Shown here piece by piece: positions 29,911-40,423 of a DNA stretch of 64,000 nucleotides. The position numbers and the translations under genes are program-made. The DNA is taken from assembly GCA_963794945.1 (NCBI GenBank), contig CAWCFT010000015.1, positions 64,001-128,000 on the forward strand. The letters are read 5' to 3'. Each line of letters starts with the position of its first letter. Position 1 is the stretch's first letter. Below the pieces are notes generated by a model. It did not search any database and was not told the DNA's origin. It saw only the letters and a program-made list of their open reading frames with translations. This DNA comes from Endomicrobiales bacterium. Lineage in GTDB: Bacteria; Elusimicrobiota; Endomicrobiia; Endomicrobiales; CAWCFT01.

Positions 29911-31290
29911 TTATTTTTTCGCAACCGTCGTCATGTTCCTTCCGGAGTTCTTTGAAACATAAAGCGCTTCGTCCGCGCGTTTTATGAAATCCTCGCCGGT
30001 CAGCTTTTTCTTGCCAAGATTTGCGATGCCGGAACTGACGGTGAGCTTTATCTGCACGGGGTGAAAGCTTTCGACCGGCAGGAAGAATTTTTCTGCCTCT
30101 ATGTTCTTGCGTATCTCTTCTATAACGCGGAACGCCTCCGACGCGTCGGTCTGCGGCATGACCACTCCGAACTCTTCGCCGCCGTAACGGCTGACGAAAT
30201 CTGTTTCTCTAAGGCGGTGCCTCAAAAGATCAGCCATCTGCGTCAAGACCGTGTCCCCCGCCGCGTGGCCGTATGTATCGTTAACTCGTTTAAAAAAATC
30301 GATGTCCAACAAGGCTATGCTAAGCGGCAGCTTGTGGCTGAACGAGCGCATGATCTCTTCATTGAGGCGTTCCTTGAAATAGCTTTGTACGTAAAGGCCG
30401 GTCAACCCGTCCGTGATGGCCAGCTCCTGCGTTCTCTGGTAAAGTTTCGTGTTACTAAGAGCCAGCGAAGCTATGCCGCCCAGTACCGACAGTATGCGCA
30501 GGTCGCCTTCGTCAAAGAAACCTTCCTTGGCGGCCATACCTTTGAGTATACCCCAAAACCTCTGGTTGACCTCCAGCGGCACGGCTACAAGAGAAAGGAA
30601 CCTCGAGTGCGGCACCGAGAACCTGTTGTCGGTTGAGAGGTCCCTGATTATTAGCGGCATCTGCTGGCTTTTGACATACTGGGCGAACACGTCGGTCTGG
30701 GTGCCCTTTTTTATTTTCCATGTGCCCTTTCCGATGAACCTCAGGGCGAGATCGCATATCAGGGGTATCATTTTTTCTTCTTCAAGCGTAAGCCCCATAA
30801 GGTGGACCATGTTGCCCAGCGACTGGTAGTTCTCAATCCTCTGCGAAAGGTCCGCGGTCCTTTTCTTTGATTCCTCTATCTTCGAGCTCAGCAAGGCTGC
30901 CTTGCTTTCAAGCGTTTCTTCCTCTTCCCGGTTCCTGTTCTCGAGCCCGTCATACCCCTTCTGGTAATGCTCGAAGAAAAGGAAAATAACCCACAGCAGA
31001 AAGGTCTCGGCGAGAAAAATTAGACGATAAAGGTTGGAATCTGTCAGGAACACGCAGAGAAATCCGGCCACAGTAATGAAAGCGAGCATAACGCCGCTGT
31101 AGATGGGCCCCGAAAAGAAATACAGCGCAGTTACTATCAGGCTGGACAAGGGGAATGTAAGTATCTGGGGAGGCTGGGATTTTATCAGGGTATATGACCA
31201 GACAAAAAAAACTACAACCGAAATAACGGGTGCTATGATCGTTTGCGCTATCTGTTTAAAAACCTTTCTTTGCGTTTCCAGCTCTTCCAT
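29911..31290 (-). CDS. Membrane GAF + GGDEF diguanylate cyclase
   Basis: N-terminal TMs, coiled coil, GAF (LVAVPLEV), DGLTGLY, RETD I-site, RYGGEEF. Confidence 0.92.
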   Translation of the reverse strand: MEELETQRKVFKQIAQTIIAPVISVVVFFVWSYTLIKSQPPQILTFPLSSLIVTALYFFSGPIYSGVMLAFITVAGFLCVFLTDSNLYRLIFLAETFLLWVIFLFFEHYQKGYDGLENRNREEEETLESKAALLSSKIEESKKRTADLSQRIENYQSLGNMVHLMGLTLEEEKMIPLICDLALRFIGKGTWKIKKGTQTDVFAQYVKSQQMPLIIRDLSTDNRFSVPHSRFLSLVAVPLEVNQRFWGILKGMAAKEGFFDEGDLRILSVLGGIASLALSNTKLYQRTQELAITDGLTGLYVQSYFKERLNEEIMRSFSHKLPLSIALLDIDFFKRVNDTYGHAAGDTVLTQMADLLRHRLRETDFVSRYGGEEFGVVMPQTDASEAFRVIEEIRKNIEAEKFFLPVESFHPVQIKLTVSSGIANLGKKKLTGEDFIKRADEALYVSKNSGRNMTTVAKK

Positions 31291-31305
31291 TAGTAAACCG
31301 CCGGG

Positions 31306-31897
31306 CTACTTTTGTTTCGCCGCAAATGCCTTATACTTTGAAAGGAGGCCTTCTTCTATCGCCTCTCTTAATTTGTCATCTGTTACGATAACCTGCTTGT
31401 ACCACGCTCCGCTGTTCTTAAGCTTTTTTGCCGGCCAGCTTACCCACGGGCCGCCGCCGTTATCGATTATCTTGCATTCGATTTCCATCTCGTCGTTGAA
31501 GGAAACCGCGGCTAGTATTTTCAACGCGGACTTTTTTCTAAACGGCTCAAACCTGACTATTTTATATACTGTGGCGCAACGCCTGCCGGGATCAACGGCT
31601 TTATTTACCAGGGCGGCCCTTAGGGCTGCGTTGCGCTTTTTTAGTGGAAAGGATCAGCTGAGGGTAAACACGTTTCTTTTGTGATACGTATTCCGGAAGC
31701 TTGATGAGAGGCTCGCGGCCCTCTCCGAAGATACTGATATCCTTGATAACTATCGCATTGTTTATAGTTATCTCGTATGCCTGCCTGCCGGCGTCTTTAT
31801 ACTGCCTCACGCCGGTGACATAAAACTCCCCGGCCGTAAGGCGTGATAAGAAAAAAATCGTCAGAATAATTGAAACTGCCGGCCTTTTTAATGACAT
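31306..31897 (-). CDS. Tandem SpoVG-like domain protein with signal peptide, frameshift near 31634
   Basis: Domain 1: YEITINNAIVIKDISI..LIKLPEY; domain 2: ILAAVSFNDEMEIECKII..GPWVSWPAKK..GAWYKQV..LREAIEEGLLSKY; hydrophobic N-terminus. Confidence 0.7.
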
Positions 31898-32061
31898 AGA
31901 ACGCCCTAAATACAAGATATTTTAACGAACGACAGCTTATATTGCAAGGCTTATTCGGTAATTTAATGATAATTTTAGAAGTTTAAAAAGGCGTGAACGG
32001 GCTAAAAAGTGATACGGGATTTTAATATAAAACTGCAACAACGCCAATATAAAATTAAAAA

Positions 32062-32135
32062 TCGGGAAGGCGGGATTCGAACCCGCGACCTCCTGCTCCC
32101 AAAGCAGGCGCGATAGCCAGCTACGCTACTTCCCG
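32062..32135 (-). tRNA. tRNA-Pro (anticodon TGG), CCA not encoded
   Basis: CGGGAAG acceptor stem, CCTGC-TTTGGGA-GCAGG anticodon arm, GGTTCGAATCC T-loop. Confidence 0.97.
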
Positions 32136-32146
32136 AACATGTCTAA

Positions 32147-32214
32147 TTCAAGATTTGAAGATTAATAGATTGAAGATTCAAATCTTCAATTTTCTAAATT
32201 TTCAATCTTTAATT
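32147..32214. repeat. Inverted 7/8-mer tandem array (ATTGAAG units)
   Basis: ATTTGAAG ATTAATAG ATTGAAG ... CTTCAAT TTTCAAT CTTTAAT; overlaps rdgB stop. Confidence 0.7.
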
Positions 32215-32807
32215 TGTTTTGTAATAAGTTTTCTTGCTTTCTTTAGCGCCAGAGCCCTGTGGCTGATCTTGTTTTTTACCACGGACGGCAGCTCAGCAAA
32301 GGTCTTATGGAGCTTTGGCACCACAAAAAGCGGGTCGTAACCAAAACCCTTTGTGCCTTTTTCACTATAGTCTATTATACCATTTATCTTGCCCTCTACA
32401 GTAAAAACCTTACCAGAGGGGCTCGAGAGGGCTATAACACACTTGAAAGCGGCCTTGCGGCGCGCTCCTTTAACGCCTTTAAGCTTCCCAAGAAGCTTTT
32501 TGTTGTTGTCGGCGTAAGAACACCCTTCACCGGCCCACCTGGCTGAATAAACTCCGGGCTCGCCGTCTAAATATTCCACTTCAAGCCCGGTATCATCCGC
32601 AAGCGCCCATTTCCCGGTATAAAGAGCTATCGTCTTTGCCTTTTTTGAAGCGTTATATTTCAGGGTATCGCCGTCTTCCTCAACTTCCGGCGCGCCCTTG
32701 ACCGTATCGATCGGCACTATCCTGACTTTCAGCCCTTTGAGTATGTGTGATATTTCTGACACCTTGTGTTTGTTGCGCGTCGCGAGGACAAGTTCTATAT
32801 TTTTCAT
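32202..32807 (-). CDS. rdgB: Non-canonical purine NTP pyrophosphatase (RdgB/HAM1)
   Basis: LATRNKHK, ADDTGL, PGVYSARW, GFGYDPLF, KNKISHRA. Confidence 0.95.
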   Translation of the reverse strand: MKNIELVLATRNKHKVSEISHILKGLKVRIVPIDTVKGAPEVEEDGDTLKYNASKKAKTIALYTGKWALADDTGLEVEYLDGEPGVYSARWAGEGCSYADNNKKLLGKLKGVKGARRKAAFKCVIALSSPSGKVFTVEGKINGIIDYSEKGTKGFGYDPLFVVPKLHKTFAELPSVVKNKISHRALALKKARKLITKQIKD

Positions 32808-33508
32808 TTTATTACTATGTTCCCAAGCACTTTCTTTTGAAGTTTAATAATGGCCTTTATTCCGACCTGCGCGATATCTAAAAGCCTGTTGAGCTCTTTG
32901 CGGGAGAATGTCTTGCCTTCAGCAGTGCCCTGGATCTCCACGAGATCGCCCGAGCCTGTCATCACCACGTTCATGTCGACATCCGCGCCGTTGTCTTCTT
33001 TGGCGCAGAGGTCCAGCACCATCTTCCCGCGCGAAAGCCCTACGCTTACAGCCGCCAGATAATCTTTCAAGGGAAGGCGGTCTATTACTTTCTCTTTCCT
33101 GAGTTTATCAAGCGCGAGACAGAGGGCTATGAAACCGCCGTTTACAGAAGCCGTGCGTGTGCCGCCGTCTGCTTTTATAACGTCGCAGTCTATTATTATC
33201 GAACGCTTGCCGAGCTTTTCAAGGTCAACTATGGCCCTAAGCGACCTGCCTATCAGCCTCGATATCTCGTGGCTCCTGCCGCCGCCCGCCCCTCTCTGCC
33301 TGGGGGTCCGCTGCTTGCCCGCCCGCGGCAAAAACGCGTACTCGCCCGTCACCCAGCCGTGGGTAAGCCCCTGGTTCTCGATGAACGGCGGGACCTTTTC
33401 TTCCACAGTCGCTACGCAGAGGACAGTTGTGTCTCCCATGGAGAACAGGCACGAACCTTCGGCGTGCGGAATATAATTCTTTATTGCTTTTATTGGCCTT
33501 GTTTTCAT
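32804..33508 (-). CDS. rph: Ribonuclease PH
   Basis: HAEGSCL, WVTGEY, GRSHEISRLIGRSLR, DCDVIKADGGTRTA, EIQGTAEG; upstream of rdgB. Confidence 0.95.
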   Translation of the reverse strand: MKTRPIKAIKNYIPHAEGSCLFSMGDTTVLCVATVEEKVPPFIENQGLTHGWVTGEYAFLPRAGKQRTPRQRGAGGGRSHEISRLIGRSLRAIVDLEKLGKRSIIIDCDVIKADGGTRTASVNGGFIALCLALDKLRKEKVIDRLPLKDYLAAVSVGLSRGKMVLDLCAKEDNGADVDMNVVMTGSGDLVEIQGTAEGKTFSRKELNRLLDIAQVGIKAIIKLQKKVLGNIVIK

Positions 33509-33528
33509 TGGTTCCCCCATGGTAAACC

Positions 33529-33603
33529 GATTAAATATTATAAGATTGAAGATTGAAAAATTAAGGCCTTGAATTTTCAAATCTTAAATTTTTAATCTTT
33601 AAT
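33529..33603. repeat. Inverted heptamer tandem array (ATTGAAG units)
   Basis: AAGATTG AAGATTG AAAAATT ... TTCAAAT CTTAAAT TTTTAAT CTTTAAT. Confidence 0.7.
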
Positions 33604-33608
33604 GTATT

Positions 33609-36354
33609 TTATTGCAACGCCTTTATGCTATCTTTCAGCCGTCCGATCTTAAGTTCGGCCTCACTGACTCGCTCTTTTATCTTCGCGATCTCTTTTTCCG
33701 GAGCGTGTTTTATGAAATCCTCGTTTAGAAGCTTCTGCGCGCAGCGCTCGAGATCGGTTTGGGCGTTAATTATATCTTTCTGGAGCCGTTTCATTTCTTT
33801 TTCGAGGTCTATTATCCCTACAAGCGGGACGAATATCTCCAGGCCCGAGGTGACGGACACGGCAGACTGTTTTGGCCTCGCCGCGTCTTTGGCTGCCTCA
33901 ATACTTTCTATCTTTGCGAGCGCTCTTATGTACGCGCCGTTCCGTTCAAGGAAACTCTTCTGTTCATCCGAGGTTATCCTTACAACCGCAGGTACGAACT
34001 TGCCCGGAGGCACGTTCATCTCGCTCCTTATGGTCCTTACGGCCGTAACGAACTCCATTACCCGCGCCATCTCTTTCAAGGCTTCCTCATCAACTTTTGT
34101 CTCATCGGACTGAGGCCACGGGGCCGACATTATGCTTGTATTCTTGTTATTGTTCCTGATATATCCTGAAAGAGTTTGCCAGAGCTCCTCTGTAATGAAC
34201 GGCATTATCGGGTGCAGCATCCTTACAACACCTGAAAGCACTTCCATGAGCACAGAAAGCGCGGCCTTCTTGGCTTTTTCGTCCTGGCCGGCAATGCGTA
34301 TCTTAGCAAGCTCTATGTACCAGTCGCAGTACTTCGACCAGAAGAAATCGTATATGAGCCTCGCCGCCACGTCAATATCGTATTTCTCGAGCGCCCTGGT
34401 AACGTCCCTAACGGTCAGGCGGTATTCCGAAAGTATCCACTTGTCCGCAAGCTCCATGGGCCACACAGACATGATAAATTCTTTGTCCCATGTAACACCC
34501 GCGACGTTCATCATGACGAAACGGCTCGCGTTCCATATCTTGTTGGCGAAATTTCTCGCGCTCACAAACGAGTCATCGGAAAGCTGCATGTCGCGGCCCG
34601 GCGCGGCCGACTGAGCAAGCGAGAATCTGAGAGCGTCGGTGCCGTACTTGTCCATTACAATGAGCGGGTCGATAACGTTGCCCAGCGACTTCGACATCTT
34701 CTTGCCGAACCTGTCCCTGACTATGCCGTTTAGGAATACTTCTGTGAAAGGCAGGTCGTCCAGGAACTGAAGTCCCATCTGCACCATTCTCGCGACCCAG
34801 AGATAGAGTATCTCGTGCCCAGTAACTAGAACGGAGGTCGGGTAATAGTATTCAATATCGCTTTTGTGCGGGCCCTTGTTGGTTTTGTCCGGCCGGCTGT
34901 CCGGCCAGCCCAGCACCGAGAACGGCCAGAGCGCTGAAGAGAACCACGTATCAAGCACGTCCGGGTCCTGTTCTATATGCGTGCCGCCGCAAGCGGGGCA
35001 TTTCTTTGGAGCTTCCACCGAGACCATGGGCGGGCAATTTGACCGCGGGCGCTTGTCCGGTGTTTCTTTATCGTCGGCCTTTGTACCGCTGACGCAATAG
35101 TATACAGGTATCCTGTGTCCCCACCATATCTGGCGGCTTATGCACCAGTCCCTTAAATTCTCAAGCCACAAAAGGTAGGGTTTGGCCCATGAGGCCGGGT
35201 AAAATTTAAGCTTGCCTTCCTCAACCACTTGCATGGCCCTTTTGGACATTTCTTCTACTTTAAGGAACCACTGCTCTGAAACCAGCGGCTCGATAACAGA
35301 GCTGCACCTGTAACAGTGGCCCACCGAATGCGGGTGGTCAACGGTCTCAAGCAAAAGGCCCTGGGCTTCAAGATCAAGGAGGACCTTTTTGCGAGCCTCG
35401 TATCTGTCAAGGCCGGCGTACTGGCCGGCCTCTTTGGTCATCTTGCCGTTAAAACCTATAACAACTATGTGCGGGAGGCTATGCCGGACCGCTATTTCAA
35501 AGTCGGCAGGGTCGTGGGCAGGTGTAACCTTTACAGCGCCCGTTCCGAAAGCCTTATCTACTGCTTCGTCAAATACTATCGGTATCTCGCGGCCAGTGAG
35601 CGGCAGGACAAGCATTTTACCTATGTATTTCTTATACCTTTCGTCTTCAGGGTGTACGGCAACAGCGGTGTCGCCCAGCATTGTCTCGGGCCTTGTTGTC
35701 GCTACAATTATAAATTCTTTTCAGGTCCCATTTTACAGCGTATTTTATATGCCAAAGCTTGCCTATCTCTTCTTCGTGCTCGACTTCGATATCGCTAAGC
35801 GCCGTGTTGCAGTGCGGGCACCAGTTAACAAGCCTCTTGCCCCTGTATATTAGCCCTTTATTGTGAAGCTCGACAAAGGCGGTCATGACCGCCTTGGAAC
35901 AGCCTTCATCCATCGTAAACCTGGTCCTGTCCCAATCAAGCGAGCAGCCGAGCCTCTTAAGCTGGTTGAGTATGGTATCACCGGTCTCTTTGCGCCACGC
36001 CCAGGTCCGCTCCAGGAATTTTTCACGGCCCATCTCGCTTCTGTTCTTGCCTTCAGATTTCAGCAGCTTTTCCACTACGTTCTGGGTGGCTATGCCTCCG
36101 TGGTCAACTCCCGGCACCCATAGCGTGTTAAAACCCTGCATCTTCTTAAAGCGTATGATTATGTCCTGCAGGGTGTTGTTTAAGGCATGACCCATATGAA
36201 GCGAGCCTGTGATGTTCGGGGGAGGTATGACAATAGTAAAAGGTTTGCTGCCGGCTTCGGGTTTTGACGCGAAAAGCCGGTTCTCAAGCCAAAAGCTGTA
36301 CCATTTATCTTCAGTTTTCTTGGGTTCGTATGTTTTTTCTATTTCCGCGCTCAT
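33609..36354 (-). CDS. valS: Valine--tRNA ligase, frameshift near 35720
   Basis: PPPNITGSLHMGH (HIGH), DWCISRQIWWGH, KMSKS, C-terminal coiled coil. Confidence 0.96.
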
Positions 36355-36387
36355 TTTCTGTCCTTGCCTTGATGTTATATTTCGTTG

Positions 36388-36471
36388 ATTTTAGCAAAAG
36401 AAAAGTAGTTTATCAAATATGATATTCAAAAAGAAAGAAAGCTTGACATAACACGCAATATCTGTTATAAA
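36388..36471. promoter_or_regulatory. Divergent sigma70 promoters (valS and M23/bactofilin)
   Basis: Minus: TTGATA-17-TAAAAT with TG; plus: TTGACA (36443)-17-TATAAA with TG. Confidence 0.55.
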
Positions 36472-36537
36472 ATATTGCCTACAAAATGCCTTAATTTTTA
36501 GGGCTAAATCAGCGTTAGCAGGAAATTTGGGACACCT

Positions 36538-37494
36538 ATGAAACTATTTGAACTTCTTAAAAAAGAGCTCAAAAGAGGCATCACTGTTATGTTCATTCCG
36601 CATAACAGCGTAAAACCTCTTAAGATCAGCTTTTCTTTAAGCTTTTTACTTTTCCTAATAGTATCCTGGAGCTTCCTCACGGTTACGGCCGGCTACCTTT
36701 ACAGCCGCCATATAGATTACATGATGGTAAAGACGGACAATAAGCTGATGCAGCTGAAGGTCATGTTTTTCGCAAAACAAGTTAAACAGTCCAGGGAACT
36801 GCTTGAGCAGGTAAAAGAGAACGACGACCAGGTAAGGACGCTGCTTGAGATGAAGTCTAAAAAGGCCATTATAGAAGAAAATGAGGGCGGGCGCGGCGGT
36901 CCTTCGAAAGATGATGTAAAAGACCTCGACCGCCTGCTGTCGGGCAAGATCTACGAAATGAACCAGCAGGACATGTGGCGCCAGACAGAAGCCCTCAAAG
37001 AAGAGACAAAAAAACGTTTGGCCAGTTTTACGGAAATAAAGAACCAGGTAAACAACCTCCGTGCCCTGTTCCATGCCACGCCCAACATCTGGCCGTGCGT
37101 TGGCCACGTCACATCCCAGTTCGGATACAGGATACACCCTCTTTTGCTCACCGAAGAATTTCATGCGGGGCTCGATATTGCCAACGAGAAAAATACCCCC
37201 ATATATGCGACCGCGGACGGCTGTGTGAGGCTGGCGGACTGGCAGTCCGGTTACGGCAGGCTCATAATAGTTGACAACGGCTATGGTTACTGCACCTATT
37301 ACGGGCACTTAAACAAAATAATAGTTAACAAAGACGAAAAAATACACCGCGGCCAGCTTATAGGCCTTATGGGGTGTTCGGGCGAATCGACAGGCAACCA
37401 TCTTCACTACGAGATACATGTTAACGGGAGCCCGGTGGATCCGTGGAGATTTTTGAAGAAACTTCAACCTAACGAGAATTTGGCAAAATCTTAA
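36538..37494 (+). CDS. M23 family metallopeptidase with TM anchor and coiled coil
   Basis: FHAGLDIA, YYGHL, STGNHLHYE. Confidence 0.92.
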   Translation: MKLFELLKKELKRGITVMFIPHNSVKPLKISFSLSFLLFLIVSWSFLTVTAGYLYSRHIDYMMVKTDNKLMQLKVMFFAKQVKQSRELLEQVKENDDQVRTLLEMKSKKAIIEENEGGRGGPSKDDVKDLDRLLSGKIYEMNQQDMWRQTEALKEETKKRLASFTEIKNQVNNLRALFHATPNIWPCVGHVTSQFGYRIHPLLLTEEFHAGLDIANEKNTPIYATADGCVRLADWQSGYGRLIIVDNGYGYCTYYGHLNKIIVNKDEKIHRGQLIGLMGCSGESTGNHLHYEIHVNGSPVDPWRFLKKLQPNENLAKS

Positions 37495-37502
37495 ATAACG
37501 AG

Positions 37503-37904
37503 GTGATGAGCATGTTCGGAAAGAAAAAAGAAAGCGTGTTCGGAGTGATAGAGACCGTTATAGGTCCCGAAAGCGTTTTTCAGGGAACTATCCGCTCCAA
37601 GAGTTCTGTCCGTATAGACGGCAGGCTTGAAGGCGGCATCGCTGAAGCCAACGGCATAATCATCGGAGAAAAAGGCCAGATACAGGGCGACATAAACGGA
37701 AGGGTGGTAGTAGTTGGCGGAAAGATAACCGGCAATATAACAGCTGTCCACAGCCTCGAGATCCTTCCCAAAGCGCAGGTTTACGGAGATATCCACTCGG
37801 CGCTGCTCGCCATAGGTGAAGGCGCGACGTTCGAAGGCAACTGCGTTATGTCAACCGAGAAAGATAAAGTTATTGAGATGGACGTGGAGTCAAGAAGGCG
37901 TTAG
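37503..37904 (+). CDS. Bactofilin (polymer-forming cytoskeletal protein)
   Basis: ETVIG..FQGTI..VRIDGRLEG..IQGDI..IGEGATFEGNC beta-helix pattern. Confidence 0.92.
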   Translation: MMSMFGKKKESVFGVIETVIGPESVFQGTIRSKSSVRIDGRLEGGIAEANGIIIGEKGQIQGDINGRVVVVGGKITGNITAVHSLEILPKAQVYGDIHSALLAIGEGATFEGNCVMSTEKDKVIEMDVESRRR

Positions 37905-37962
37905 GTAACGTAAACCGAAACGTCAAAAGGCCCCTAAAAATTACGGAGCCTTGATAAGGATA

Positions 37963-38012
37963 ATAAATTGCGGCCGGCAAATAAATGTGCCCGCCGCAGT
38001 TTTATTTTTTTG
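37963..38012. terminator. Terminator between convergent genes
   Basis: AATTGCGGC..GCCGCAGTT stem followed by TTTATTTTTTT. Confidence 0.6.
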
Positions 38013-38020
38013 GCCGGACT

Positions 38021-38443
38021 TTACTCAATATTGCGCTCCAGAGGCACATCGAGCTTTTTTAACGAACTTTCGGCCTGCCGCCTCACTTGCTCCTCCTCCG
38101 ACACGTTATTAATTACCCTCATGAGCGGCCTGCGCGCGTCGGGGTTCTCAAGGTAGCCAAGCATATCGGTTATCCAGAACCTGACCTTCCAGTCCGGGTC
38201 GTCGAGACAGTTGGAGAGCGCGTAGACTGCAAACGGCCCCACCGAAAGCATTTGTTTCCCCTGCTCTATTGTTTTCCGGCCGAAATCCTCAAGTTCATCG
38301 CACTGGATGCTTATAGCCCTGACTTCCTTAATTATCGAGCGTACCTTGGCCTTTTGCGCGGCGTCAGGCTGCGGCGCGGCAAAAACTTGTACTGAGACCA
38401 GAAAGATAGCGAACGCCGCAATAATTATCCTATTCATAGTCAT
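38021..38443 (-). CDS. Exported HEAT-repeat protein
   Basis: Signal peptide; LDDPDWKVRFWITDMLG; VRRQAESSL. Confidence 0.75.
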   Translation of the reverse strand: MTMNRIIIAAFAIFLVSVQVFAAPQPDAAQKAKVRSIIKEVRAISIQCDELEDFGRKTIEQGKQMLSVGPFAVYALSNCLDDPDWKVRFWITDMLGYLENPDARRPLMRVINNVSEEEQVRRQAESSLKKLDVPLERNIE

Positions 38444-39325
38444 TTGTAAAAATACCCCAATACAGGTATCGTAAAGAATGAGAATACGGTTCCGGCAAAA
38501 ACCGTTGCGGCTGCGAAAGGAATATTGCCCTCATATTTTTCGGTCAGTATGTAGGAGTATACCGCGGCGGGCATTGAAGATGTCATGACGCATACACCGG
38601 CCAGCTGGGCCGGTAATCCCCAGGATGTAGGCCACCCCGGCGCCTGCCAAACACCCTCCTAACATCCTCAAAGAAACACCCCAGATCACCAATTTAAAGC
38701 CTTCCGCCTTAATCTCCCCAAGCCTATAACCAACGAAAATAAGCATTACCGGGAGCGTAACGAAAGATATCATCTTGCTTGCCGTTCCAAGCACATGAGG
38801 GAAACCAGTACCTATAGCGTTAAGAGCTGCACCGGCTGCCGCAGCATAGAGTACCGGCAGGCCCGCAATCTCAGATAGAGCGCTCTTTTTGGACACCCAC
38901 CAGATACCAAGCGTAAAGGTCGCTACGGTTATCACCATGTTGTAGATTATTGCGTAAGCCGCGCCCTGCGCTCCCCATAAAAGCGTGTTCACCGGTATTG
39001 CGAGGTAAGCCGAATTCATAAATATCACCGGCAGGCAATGCTCTTTGAACGATATTTTTTCCTTCCATGCCCACACCCACATGAAGAACGCCCCAAAAAG
39101 CACGACCGCGAAGGCGCACACCGCGGTCTTCCACGAGTACGCGAAACTTAAAGGATTGTACCACATCGTAAGAAAAATGTAGGCGGGTATAAGAAGGTAC
39201 AAGGTTATCCATATAAACACTTTCGCTGTACCCTCGCCGCGCTCTCCAGTAAAACGCTTAAGCGCCGCGCCCAGCACCACAAAAGCAAACACTTTATATA
39301 TGAGCGTCCAAAGCAAATTTATCAT
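38440..39325 (-). CDS. AEC (auxin efflux carrier) family transporter, frameshift near 38600
   Basis: FMNSAYLAIP, LPVMLIFVG, SSMPAAV in shifted frame; multi-TM. Confidence 0.85.
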
Positions 39326-39372
39326 TCTGCCATGATTATACATTATTTAAGCACTTATGATAAATCCCTGTA

Positions 39373-39551
39373 AAATGCAGTGCCGTGCATTTGCCCTCGA
39401 GTTCTGACTGATGAGGAACGAAGAGGGCACCAGCGAAGCGAGGGGTCAATTAATAAAAAGTGTTTTGAGCCTGAGCTTTACATTCACTCAGGCTCAAAGT
39501 CAAGGGAGCCCGCGATGGCTCCCGTCTTTTAATAAATTGACCCCGAGCGCT
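39373..39551. other. Highly structured intergenic element (REP/MITE-like or ncRNA)
   Basis: Stems GCCCTC/GAGGGC, GGGGTCAATT/AATTGACCCC, TTTGAGCCTGAG/CTCAGGCTCAAA, GGGAGCC/GGCTCCC. Confidence 0.55.
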
Positions 39552-39608
39552 ATTTTTGGTAGAATCACCATTGATCAACAACAAGTAATTTCCACTGGAG
39601 CAATGAAC

Positions 39609-40319
39609 ATGATGAACTGGCTTCGCAAACACATGCGTTTAATATTCGGTATAACTATAGTCGGGTTCCTCGGCGGAGCTTTTATAGGGTTCGGCGGCTA
39701 CTTTTTTTCCAGTAAGACGCCCGCCGACGCCGTAGTTGAAGTCAATGGCGCAAAAATACCCTACAGGCAGTATGCCAACTACCTCAACCGCGTGCTCGAC
39801 AATATGCGCCAGCAGAAGCAGGAGATAACCGATGAGGTCACAAAACAGAAAAAACAGGAAGTGCTTCAGGACCTGATACAGGAAGAGGTTTTCAGCGGAG
39901 AGGCAAAAAAATACAGCATAACTGTTTCCGACGGCGAGCTCGCCGCCGATATCCAACACTACCCAGCGTTCCAGAAAGAAGGGCATTTCGACCAGCAAAC
40001 CTATTTCCAGGTGCTGTTCCAGATGCTGCATACGACACCGAAAGAATTCGAAGAATCACGTCGCAAACAGATAGCGATATTCAAACTCAGGCAGCTGATC
40101 TCCTCAAGCGTTATTATAACCGAACCCGAACTAAAACTTGAATATTATTACTCGAACAAAGGCAACATGTCCGCCTTCGAGAAAGACAGGCAGAAATTCC
40201 TTGAAAAGTTAAAGCAGGAAAAAACCATGATGGTATTTTCGGAGTGGTTCAAGACGCTCAACCAGAATATGAAGATAAAAGTGCATTTGGACGAGATAGA
40301 AAAAGGCCAGGGCGCATAA
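39609..40319 (+). CDS. SurA/PpiD N-terminal-domain chaperone-like protein
   Basis: MMNWLRKH + TM; VEVNGAKI; LIQEEV; ITVSDGEL; PAFQKEGHFD. Confidence 0.85.
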   Translation: MMNWLRKHMRLIFGITIVGFLGGAFIGFGGYFFSSKTPADAVVEVNGAKIPYRQYANYLNRVLDNMRQQKQEITDEVTKQKKQEVLQDLIQEEVFSGEAKKYSITVSDGELAADIQHYPAFQKEGHFDQQTYFQVLFQMLHTTPKEFEESRRKQIAIFKLRQLISSSVIITEPELKLEYYYSNKGNMSAFEKDRQKFLEKLKQEKTMMVFSEWFKTLNQNMKIKVHLDEIEKGQGA

Positions 40320-40420
40320 AATCAAATATCAAACATCAAAAATAAAAAATATAATATCTACAAATAAATATTTAAGAGACAGCATTAATTTTGATATTTG
40401 ATGTTTTATTTTTGAATTTC
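40319..40420. repeat. Inverted heptamer tandem array (ATATCAA units)
   Basis: AAATCAA ATATCAA ACATCAA AAATAAA ... TTGATAT TTGATGT TTTATTT TTGAATT. Confidence 0.75.
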
Positions 40421-40423
40421 TTT

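Noticed and set aside
31920..32135. tRNA-Pro as an integration site
   Set aside because: No integrase nearby and no duplicated tRNA 3' end seen in the window.
33609..36354. valS, glpK, argF and others as pseudogenes or programmed frameshifts
   Set aside because: Both halves are intact, there are no consistent slippery sites, and valS is essential; sequencing error is the simpler explanation.
39400..39430. CTGATGAG as a hammerhead ribozyme core
   Set aside because: No stem II followed by GAAA and no matching cleavage-site arm.
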